Shown here piece by piece: positions 22,864 through 33,800 of a stretch of 64,000 nucleotides of DNA. This DNA comes from Sphagnum compactum (lineage: Eukaryota): NCBI GenBank assembly GCA_965153455.1, contig OZ234493.1:24418213-24482212 (forward strand), written 5' to 3'. The stretch's first letter is position 1. Every line of letters starts with the position of its first letter. Position numbers and translations under genes: made by a program. The notes beneath the pieces are model-generated. The model was not told where the DNA came from. It did no database searches and worked only from the letters and a program-made list of their open reading frames with translations.

Positions 22864-25800
22864 ATGCAGATACTGAATAAGCTGAAGCAACTGGACGCAT
22901 ATCCGAAGGTCAATGAAGATTTCTACAGCCGTACTCTTTCGGGCGGTCTTATCACTGTCATTTCTTCAGTTTTTATGGCTCTCCTTTTCATCACAGAGCT
23001 ACGTATGTATGCTTCGTTTCATACTCTTGATTCGCTCCTTCCCCCCCCCCCCCCCCAACCTCTCTTCTTGCTAGAGCCTTGGTCTTTCTCTGTCTTTTTC
23101 AACGAAGTAGGGTAGATCTATCGAGAGAAATGACAAAAAAATGTAGCTAATTCTTGAGGTTTTGGTTCCAGGATTATTTTTCTATCCACAAACAACAAAT
23201 CAGCTTGTAGTAGACACTGCCAGAGGAGAGACTCTTACCATCAATGTAAGTTGTGTGGCCCCCCCCCCCCCCATCCCCATTGACCTCAGATTTGTTTTAA
23301 CAACTCCCAAACCTTTTCTTTAGAAAATTCTCAACATCTGATCTGTGCACCTAGAAATCATTTTGAAGAATTTCCCAACATTAGATTGTGTGCATTGCCA
23401 ATTGCGCAAAAAATTCATTTCAATTTGCAGCCCAAAACTAAGAAAGCACAACATAGTTCTGCAAATTTTAGGGTTTTTCTGAATTTAGGGTTTTGATGGT
23501 GATACTGTCTCTTTGGGATCCCCCCATTCGAGCTTTTTTTGTGTCCTTCATTGGCATGTTGTGAAGTTTGATTTGTTAGTCATTTGGGAACTTTTATTGA
23601 TTTGTGCACAATATTATCTTGTGTGAAGCTCGATATTACATTTCCATCTCTAGCATGTTCTGCTGTCAGTTTAGATGCTCTGGACATCAGTGGAGAGCAA
23701 CACCATGATATTGTAAGTTTTTTCTCCTCCATTGGATCTATTGTTGGTTTTGCTCTCCTCCGTTGCTCAGTGTCCATTATAAGTTCTGCTCTCCTCTGTT
23801 GTCCATTGTCCATTGTAAGTTTGCTCTCCTCCAAATTGTCCATTGTTGCAAATGGCGGTGTGCTATAAGTATTTTTTTAAAGGGAATTCTGGACAAAACC
23901 AATTGTCTAACCGAGTGTTTTTCATGAAACAGAGGCACAACATTTTCAAGAAGAGACTGGATCCATCCGGCAAGGAGATTGCAGCCCCAAAAGCAGATAC
24001 TATCAACAGGCCCAAGGTATCATTTATCTTGTCCGTGAGAACTGTAGTTTGATTAGAAATTGAAATCTCCAGTAGTAGCCTTACATGCTATAGGTTTTTC
24101 GGGTGGAACATGAATTCTGGAAGCTGTGTAGGTTCATTGTTTTTGTGCTGAAAGTGCATTGTTTCTAATCTTTTTTATGTTTTTTTGAAAAAAATGATCA
24201 ATAGATTGGGAAGCCTTTGCAAAGGCATGGAGGCAGCCTTGAAGAAAATGAGAAATACTGTGGTTCTTGCTATGGTGCAGAAATGGTGAACATTCTCTGA
24301 CAGCTTTTTTTTCATTACCACTGTTAATATCATGATTGTCCTAGTTTTCATTTTTATTAGCTGTTGCACACGCTTTCTAAGTGATGCTAAAAGTTCATTT
24401 GCTGAGAGAATGGAACTCAGAATTTTTTTCTTTCGGAATGGGATGGATGGTGGGTTGCAGTCAGATGACCAATGTTGCAACTCATGTGAAGATGTGCGAG
24501 AGGCATATCGCCAAAAGGGTTGGGCTATAGGAGATCCTGAGATCATTGATCAGGTTTTTATGATAAGATCTGCTTCTGGTTACTGGAGCTTTTTATCCAC
24601 AACATTTGCACATTTCCTCCTTGTTGGAGATAAATTAAATTTGGTGATCATGTTATTGTCTCCATCTTGCAAATACTCAAAAGTTGGATGTGTTGGGTGG
24701 CAGTGCAAAAGGGAGGGATTTTTGCAGAAAATCAAAGAGGAGGATGGTGAGGGATGTAATGTGTATGGACACTTGGAGGTCAACAAAGTTGCTGGAAACT
24801 TTCACTTTGTATCTGTGAATTCCTTTCAGCAAGTGAACATGCTTCTCCTTGGCTTCCTGGAGTTCCAGATGGAAAGCTTCAATGTACTACTCCCTTGTCA
24901 CTTTTGTTTTCCTCTTTCTCTAAGTGTTGAGAAACTTCAAAAAACCAAGTAGGTATAACAAAATGTGCAGGAGCTAGTAGTAGCTAACCATGAGAAACAG
25001 CTGGTACCAATAGGGCAGTTGATGAAATTCTACTCGACTATGTATCAGAGGAATGCTGTCAAATTTTGAACACTACTTCATTGTGGGATGTGCTTCTCTG
25101 TGTTGTGAAATTATTGCACATTATGCACTGAGCACAATGGCTTTTTTAGTATCAAATGTCCTTTCTGAAGTACAATTTTGTTGTTCTTATCATTGATGTT
25201 ATCATGGCAGGTCAGCCATAAAATTAATGAGCTCAGTTTTGGTGCTCACTTTCCTGGAGTGGTGAATCCACTGGATGGGTACATTCTGCTCACATTTGTC
25301 TCTCATATCTCTTCACTGGCATTTCAAAGTTTGTTCATATTGAGTGCTCTCTGCTGCTGGTGGAGCAGATATTATCCTCCTAGGGCATCAACTTCTCAAG
25401 TGTTCTACCTAAGGCCTGAAGCCTAAACAGCAAGCATGCATACAGCCAGAAAACAAAAAATATCCTAATTCTGTGACCTGCTCTGCTAGGAAATGACTAC
25501 CCGAATGTGTTGATGAGGTACCCTACAGTATAGTAGCAAGGATAAACTCAGTAAAAAACTAACAGAAATGTAACACAATTCACAAGAAAGCTTGCTTGTT
25601 TGTGAAATCATTGTGACATATTAACTTGTGTGGATGAATGGAGGAACAGGGTGGTGAACATTCAGAAATCAGCTCATGGCATGTATCAGTATTTCATCAA
25701 GGTGAAATTGTCATCTGCTTGCTAGCTTGCTCCTTTGAAGACCATTTTTCTTACATTCTGGTCGCCCTAAGTTTTGAGCATATTATCATATACTACTCTA

Positions 25801-26950
25801 CACCCATGGTTGGCAGCTGATGAAATTTTGTTTAAACCATTGAGTAATTCCGAAGTATTCAGTTCAGGGTTCAGGGTTTAGGGTCTGGGGGACAGAGGGT
25901 CTTGGGGGCTTTTAATTCTCTAGGATCCTATGGCTTGACAAAGTAACAGACAACCAGGGGATGATTTTGTTCACTTTCTGAAGCAGGTGGTACCAACACT
26001 GTACACTGACATCCGAGGTCACAAAATTGCAACAAATCAGGTGTGCCAAAGTACTTCTAGCCCAGAACTTAAGACATCTTCAAATGGCAGTTGATTTCGT
26101 GACAGTGTTGTAAAAGGAAGATCAACTAAGTCTATGTTAATGGAGGGAGAAGAATCTTTGAGTGCTGTTTGAAGATTAGCTAAGAAGAAAGTTCAGGAAA
26201 GTTTTTCTGATTCTGGCTTGGTTTTGCAGTTCTCAGTGACAGAGCATTTCATTAAAGGAGGATCTGGCTCCCGGTATGTACCTGGGCTTTTCTTTATCTA
26301 CGATTTGTCACCCATCAAGGTAAGATATCCATTTTATTCCCTTCATATTTCTCATCTGATAGTGAAACAATTGGGTCAATTGCTCCCCACCTGAATCTTG
26401 CTGTTCCATGCTCTGCTAGAGAACAGTTTTTGCCACCATTGCCATCATCATGCTGCAAGACTGAACAATTCTCACTAGAGAAATCATCACCAATGACAAA
26501 CAGTTGTCAATTAACTTGAGCTGTGGATAATGATTTATGGCAGGTGAAATTTGTGGAGGAAAGGGTGTCTTTTTTGCATTTTCTCACAAATGTGTGTGCG
26601 ATAGTGGGAGGTAATTATTCTCCCCTTTTTGCATTTAGTAGCACTTAGGTGCTGGTTATGGTTTCTCCTGTGAAGACTACACTTTCTCCCAAATTACAAA
26701 AATTAGTGCATATTTTCTGCCTTTAGCACACGTTTTGTGCAGATGGTGAAATTTCCACTTTCAGCAATTTCATATGCCTTTTTTTACAATTATCAACACC
26801 ATAGATAACACATGTAGATTTCATACACTGTAGATAACACATGGCTTCTGTGATGCAGGAATATTTACAGTTTCAGGCATCATTGACTCATTTATATACC
26901 ATGGTCATCGTGCAATTAAGAAAAAGGTCGAGTTAGGAAAGTTGAGCTGA
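22864..26950 (+). CDS. ERGIC3: ER-Golgi intermediate compartment protein 3 (Erv46 family), 13 exons
   Basis: Exons 22864-23002, 23172-23245, 23629-23712, 23933-24016, 24205-24285, 24461-24553, 24704-24883, 25211-25278, 25650-25701, 25987-26040, 26230-26319, 26544-26610, 26859-26950, all GT-AG and in phase. Motifs LDAYPKVNEDF, YCGSCYGA, CCNSCEDVREAY, EGCNVYG..VNKVAGNFHF, YQYFIKVVPT, YDLSPIKV, FLTNVCAIVGG, KKVELGKLS*. Confidence 0.96.
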
Positions 26951-28234
26951 ATAGACTCAGCAGGTACTGAAGCATTTTGAACATTTAGCTAGCTAGTCCA
27001 TCCTTGTGAAAGAACCAAGGAGCCTCAAATTCTGGGCCCTAATTGTTCCCCATCTTGTTGAAGAATGTTAGTTATCCATATGGGAATTTTTCCTCAATAG
27101 GGTAGTTCTCATTTGGGCCTTTAGTTTCACTGAAATTCAAACTTGTTGACACTACTTATCCATAGTGTTTGCAGCAGCTGCTGCACCAGCAGCTCTTCCC
27201 CACCTAAAATCATTTTAGCTGTTAGCTCAACAATTTTCAGCAGAAAGATGACAGTACGGAGTCTAGAGCTTGTTGTCTGGATACATCAAGCCGATTGTTC
27301 CAAGAAAAGCTTGGGGTATCGTCCCCCTTGTTACAGTCAAATTGAGGACTGGAAGTAAAAAGAGGTGGCCGCCAGACCCAGCATTCTCTCCAGGAAGAAG
27401 TGGTTCTTTATTGGACCTGGAATTTGATTCACACAAATTGCAATTGTGCTGTTCTTGTGGGTTGTCTCCATGGCTCCACCCTCAGATGAATTGTTGGATG
27501 AAGTATCCTTCTTCCCTTTCTTTTGGACAAGATAATATAGTTCCATGTGTACTGAGATTAGATGATAGGTTCCATTTCTGTGTACCAAAGTTGGAAGCAG
27601 GAATTTCACTTTTGAATTTTTTACACAAGAAAACCTTAAACTCTCCTGAAGAAGGGCACAAAAAATTTGAAACCAAATTTTCCTCTGAAGATGGGTGATT
27701 CTTATTTCATACCGGTAAGGTCGGTTGATTACCTCAGTGTTGGAATTGCTGCGTCTCTGAGTCACATAAACTTGAAGTGGTCTTGATCATCAAGAGGTGT
27801 AGGCTGGTGTAGTATCATCCTGTCCAAGGGAGCTCTGTTTCAAGTTTGTAGATCACGCAATTTCTAGGACTTTGAATTGTGTTTTAGAGTTTCAGAATTA
27901 TAATCATATATTACCATAATTCCAAAACATGTCGGTACAAGATAACCTTGTACTCTTAAGAATTTCAAGGGGTTTAATAATATTGAAAGGTCCATAACAA
28001 CTGAACATTTTTTTGTTTTAAGGGGATTTGCCGAAGGTTTTGGAATGACAATATACAGAATCAAGGAAAAGAAATAGAAGATCAGCAAATTGATCAATTT
28101 TCCAAAACCAAGAATACCCGAAGAAAGAAAAAGATCATAGCTTTGATGTATTTCTATTGTGGTACTAAATCGTTTCCTTAAAAATTAGTAGTTTGTAATG
28201 TTAAACAAGTGTTTGTCATTGAAAATGGTAACGG

Positions 28235-29695
28235 TAGTGAACACTAACTGCATTTCAGGATGAGACTGCTGCATGTAGGAGTTGACGCATATTGCAAACA
28301 CAAAGTTGTATGCAATGAGGATAGTTGCGTTTTCACCTGACTCATTCAACTCCAGTCTCCAAAGATGCCTGGCATATCAAGCAACAACCCGAGCGGCAAG
28401 TACTGTCACTCAAATCAAAGGAGAAATTCCTGTACTGCCAAACCAAAAAGCAAGTTCAAGGTAACAAGGCAATCAGATACCAAGACTGCTGGCCACTTTT
28501 CAATTTGTCCTAGAAACAGACCTTTTCTTCAGTTAGGTTGGTGATGTCTGTCGAGTCTTGTCATTGCCAGGAAAGAAGGGATGAACAAAACATAGATATC
28601 TGAGGGTGTTGAGACCAAGAACTATTAAGTGGGCATAGAAAAGCTGCCCAATTAAGATTGAGAATCCTTTAAAACCATCATTTGAAGATTCCAATTGCAG
28701 AATCAGACATAATAAGACGATCCAAAAAATCAAACTCACAGGAGAGAACCAACGATAACTTACATAGAAAAACTGGAGAGAAATCAGACTTTTTAAGACA
28801 AACCAAAAAATCAAGCTCAAAAAAGGAAGAGCTAAAAGTTAGCTAAAAGGACTGCACAAATAGTACTCATTGAGACGTCAATTGATTCCTTAAAGCTTGA
28901 GTGAACAAACAAGAGGAACAAGCTATCTACCAAGAAATAGGCAAGAAAACAAAACTGCAGAAATACTACCATTAAGCTATGAAGAAACTCCATGGACGTA
29001 ATCTCATTCACATTGTTCAACCAGACATATTTGAAGACTGATGTCAAGGTGACAGTCCATCAAAACTGCAGACAACTCACTAAAGGTCCAACCTTGTCCT
29101 CATGCATCTGGCTACAATGCTTCCACTGTACTGGCAGAGGGCACACCTTGCCATATGTACCAATGGCTTAAGAGCCATCAAAGAAGCTATGGTTGCACAC
29201 ACTTTAGTCCATGTTCAATGATGGCATCAAGTGCCAACAATTTGCTCAAAATGACAATATATACCTACCTACTTGCAATACCTTGGGTTCTTGTGGATTA
29301 AATCCCCAAGCATAAACAGTTTGCCTGCATCCTCAGTGCAAGCATGGTACATAATGAAAATGATGATGCTACCGGTTGAGACACCTCTTGCACTTCATTC
29401 AGCTATTGAGTAAAGAAAGCCAGTTAGAGAGAACACAAACCCATCCAGTGTGTTTTAAAGACCTCCAAAGCCTCAAAATCTGGCAAGCAAGAAGTGCAAT
29501 GCAATCTTGCAACAGAGTCACAACTTACTGGGTTTTGAACCGCATCTTCCTTTCCTCAAATGAGCTGACATTGTGAAGCACAGAGTAAAGATAATCTGTA
29601 GTATTAAAGCAGGAGACAGCCATCAGACAACCAGACTCAAGACCCCTAAGAAAAAAAACAAAACAAAAACTGCTACCATACAAGAGCATAGGAAC
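28235..29695 (-). pseudogene. Inverted, internally deleted, unprocessed RBR pseudogene fragment
   Basis: Reverse complement aligns by eye to the neighbouring RBR gene in three colinear blocks: 29695-29225 to ~32805-33250 (intron 6 to exon 8), 29225-29060 to ~36715-36880 (intron 15), 28560-28235 to ~37972-38310 (exon 17 end, intron 17, exon 18). Example: ATGTACCATGCTTGCACTGAGGATG versus ATGTACTATGCATGCACAGAGGATG. Confidence 0.88.
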
Positions 29696-29965
29696 CAGGT
29701 TTAGGGTTTAATGGGGTTCTATTTCTATTTCCTTTGTGTTTGCTCCATTGCAGGACTTCCTGAAGATAGAAACACGAGTCCTGGACAAGACAACCCTCAA
29801 AGGTGATGTTGGCAAGCAAGAGTATAGGACTCAGGTTTAGGGTTTAGGGTTTAATGGGGTTCTATTTCCTTTGTGCTTGCTCTTTTGCAGGACTTGCTTA
29901 AAATAGAAACAGGAGTCCTCCTGGACAAGACAACACTCAAAGAAGATGTTAGCAAGCAAGCAAGA
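29690..29965. repeat. ~140-bp tandem duplication starting with telomere-like TTTAGGG
   Basis: caggtttagggttt..aatggggttctatttc...cctggacaagacaac.ctcaaag..gatgtt.gcaagcaag occurs twice. Confidence 0.85.
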
Positions 29966-30093
29966 GTGAGACTTGCTACCTTTGAAATAACAGTGTGGAG
30001 CTCGGGCAATATATTTTGTCTCAATAAGACAAAAAAGCCAACCACCTGCCAAGAGAATCCGCACAGTGCATACTAGGTATCAAACTCAGAAAG

Positions 30094-30149
30094 GCGGGAA
30101 ACCCATCCCTTCGTCGTCCGCAACACAGTTCTCGCTGGTTTTTTCCCGC
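30094..30149. promoter_or_regulatory. Two oppositely oriented E2F sites upstream of RBR
   Basis: GCGGGAAA at 30094-30101 and TTTCCCGC at 30142-30149, both matching the E2F consensus TTTCCCGC, 330-390 bp before the RBR ATG. Confidence 0.75.
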
Positions 30150-30480
30150 GCATTTGTGCAAGTTTTGATACCGAACCGAATCAATCAGGTCTCGCGAATC
30201 TGCCCACAATGATCAGATCTGTTGCACCAATGATCGATCACAGAGACCGGCGAGCAAGGAACGAGTGTGCATCGCATTGCAGTTTGGAGTCTGCAATCGG
30301 GCGTCCGATGACCGTCCCCTCCCCAACTGCCATAGTGCCTTTCTGCCTTCCCTTGAGTAGAAGGAAACACGGCTTCAAAACAAAGGGAAGAAGCAAACGA
30401 GGAGTAGCAGCTTCTTCTTCTTCTTCTTCTAAAGAGATGTGGACTTCAGCAACAGAAGTAGGAATAGCAGCAGCAGGAGG

Positions 30481-30821
30481 ATGGCGAACAACAACAAGTC
30501 TGCGGAAATGGATGTCGCGGGTGGAGGAGTTATGAGGAATGGTGGAGGAGACTTGAATCGGTCTTTGAGAAGGGCAGCTTCGCAAGCTTTCTGGGACGGA
30601 ATGGAAGCGCGCTTCATGGAGCGCTGTGAGGTAAGTACCTTACTTTAGGTGTTTCGCAATCAGCAGATTGCGATGAAGAATCAATCTCTAGTGCGTCAGG
30701 TGCATATCGCTGGATGCATCGCAGCGAGTAATCCTTTTTGTCGAGAAGAAAACCTCTCCCTCCCTTAAGCACTGTTGCTCTCTCTCTCTCTCTCTCCTCA
30801 TTTTCCTCGTTTTCTTTCTGC

Positions 30822-30880
<59 letters not shown>

Positions 30881-33800
30881 TCTGTGTGTGTGATAGATAC
30901 TAGCGTGGCTTTCTTGTCAGGTTGGCCTTGGTCTGGGTGAGAAAATGTTGCTGCGAGTTTCACGTTTCTTCGAAGACAGCAAGCCACTCCTGCTCGCCAA
31001 CATAGAGACCTTTGGAACTGGCTCAGTAAGTGTATCTATGTGTGTGTTTCCGTTTGTGTGCACCGTGTTGTTCTTTGGACTAGCTTGATTTTGTGTTCTC
31101 GCCAGATGTTGTTTGCTAGTAGTTTCACGGAGCAGTTTTTGCGGCAAATGATAAAGCGGCACCTTGGGCAGAAAAGAATGCTTATATTCCTTGGTGTGCA
31201 TTTTGTTGTGCATTTTGTAGACTTTTGAAGAAGAGATTTGGTTTTTCCTCTGCCTCTTATGTTCCTATTTATCTTCATAACCGAATTCCAGTATCACCTG
31301 ATTGTTTAGTGTGTTTTTGTCAATGACCAGATTGAGGAGGCAGAGCGATTATGGAATGCATGTACTTTGTATGCTGTGAAGATGTTGAGCAGTGCAACAT
31401 GTGTTGGAGAGGATGCTGACGCTGTTGAAGGTGGTGCAGCAGCAGGATTTACACTTACTCAACTTCTGCGAGTGACCAAGATTAGGTTTGTGTTGTGGGT
31501 TGTTTTGGCTCCTGTGTGTCTACAACATACCTCACTCATGTTCATGCCTTTGAATCTTCACACATGAATAGTTACTATTGTTGGGAGTTGATAGGTGCAC
31601 TTTGAGAGGTCATTCCATGCCCCATGTGTGTTTGTGTGTGTTTCTCTAATTTGTTCTGTGACTTGATCTGTTGTGAACATCAGTGCAATGGATCTTTTCA
31701 AGGAGCTTCCACAGTTTCTTGTGAAAGCAGCCCCAACTCTTGAAGCTTTGTATGGAGATAGCTGGGAAAAGCATCTTCAGGTGAGGTTCTTGTCAAGTGG
31801 TTCTTGTGGTTCAATGAAAGTGATTCTACCTTGGATAAATGGTTTTGAAATCACTACATGTATTTTGCCTGTTGGTGCTGGACCAGGTGAAGGAAGTGCA
31901 AGCCAATATTGTCCATGTGACAGTTCTCTTCAAGTAAGGAAGTCAATTGACCTACATTCATGTTCTGTATTTAGTTGCACAGAAGCTATGCATGTCTTGA
32001 AGAAGAAGAAGAAGAAGAAGCTGAGAGTTCCATTTACCTTTTTAGTCCAAGCTCTTGATTGTTTCTGACAATAGATTGGTTTGTTTCTGGCAGCTACTAC
32101 AATCGAGTGTATAAGGAACTTTTCTTCTCTTCAGAATATTCTGTTGGAAATGTGAATGGGTCTCCATCAAATGTCAAGGGTGGCTTTTCTCCTCACATGC
32201 AATTTGGGTGGATGCTTTTCCTGGCACTACGGATGCATGTCCTCAATCAGTTCACTGACCTGGTGACTTGCACCAATGGACTTCTGGCTATTATTGTACG
32301 CAGCCATTCCCTTGTAATGTGTTTCTTCAACATGCTAGGTACATATTAAGGGCTACTTTCACAGATGTAATTGCTTTCTCACCAGCAATGTGCTTAAACG
32401 ATATGTTCAGGGTGTAAGAGGTCCCAGCCAATACCACCTATGTAGAGGGAAGTAATGGCAGAGTAATCACTGCCATTCATGGTGAAGGTGATGGTCTGAT
32501 ACTTTGTGGGTGACTCTCACAAGATCATGACTGCAATCATGCTTGTTGTATGTGTTTTGGTGTGGATGGAACTGACACAACAGTTGCCTTCAAAGTGTTA
32601 TTTTGCAGTTATCTCTGTAATCTCATAGATAAGTCTTGATTACTTTCTCCTATCATTTGAAGTGGAATAGCTCTTGGTCATAATTTATCGTGTCCAGCAG
32701 ATCTAGCTATCTAAGCATGTGGTGCCTTACTTTCAGAAACAACATGTGACTTGGCATCCAGAAACTGGCACCCTTTCTGATGATTTGAGTGTAGCTTAAA
32801 GCCTTATGTTCCTAATCTTGTATGGTAATTGTTTTTTTCTTGAGTCTGATTGTCTATGGATGTCAATGGCTGTAATGATACAGGTTATCTTGATGCTTCA
32901 CATGCCACCTCATTTGAGGAAAGTCTGTGTCAAAGATGCTTCAAAATTTGGTAAGTAGTGACTCTTTTTCAGGATTGCGTGCACCTGCTTGCCAAGTTGT
33001 GAGGCTTAGGAGCCCTTGAATACATGATGCTCGTGTACTGCAAACACCTAACTGGCTTTCATGCTGACCAGCTAAGCGAGGTCCAAAAGGTGTCAATTTG
33101 GTTGCATCCTTCTGCAACATGTACTATGCATGCACAGAGGATGTGTCTTGCATGGTGGAGAAGGCAAACAGCATGATTGTGGATTTATTTAAGAAGAAGC
33201 CAAGTGATGAAAGCATATCTTGTCATCCAAAGCAAATAGCTGGCATTGATTTAGGTCAGACTGTCAGTTCACATCATCCCTGCCACCTTCAATATATATT
33301 GCAACGTTTGCCATTTTTTGCCAGATTCATCAATCATGTGCATACACCTCTGAAGGGGGAGACATGTCATTTGTTCTACTGTTGACAGATGGTCTTGCTT
33401 ACTTTGAGGGCTTGATGGAGAATGGTTGCATAACATCAAATTTATACATTTTGGAAAAGGATTATGAAGAGGCTTACCAGAGTCGTGGGGAGCTAGATGA
33501 ACGGATATTCATCAATGGAGAAGTGAGCTTGATGGGCTGTGTCTCTTGTGACTCACCAGATATTTCTGCTTATAAGGTGCAAACTTTGCCCCAATTCTCC
33601 TTTCCTCCAGACCTTCTTTCCTGTGATGAAGACTTCTGTGACAATCCGATAACCTTGCCTGTCATGGACAGATGCCAGGTATCTTGTCATGAGTTTGTTC
33701 AATCACTAATTGACTTTGATTAATATTGGTTCCTGTCTTTCAATTCCAGCGCAAGTATGACACAATATCATCACCCGTGCGGGGTTCAGCAGTTTCAACA

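Noticed and set aside
27143-27765. Overlapping 142-aa ORFs downstream of ERGIC3
   Set aside because: No recognisable motif or splice structure; probably 3' UTR or intergenic.
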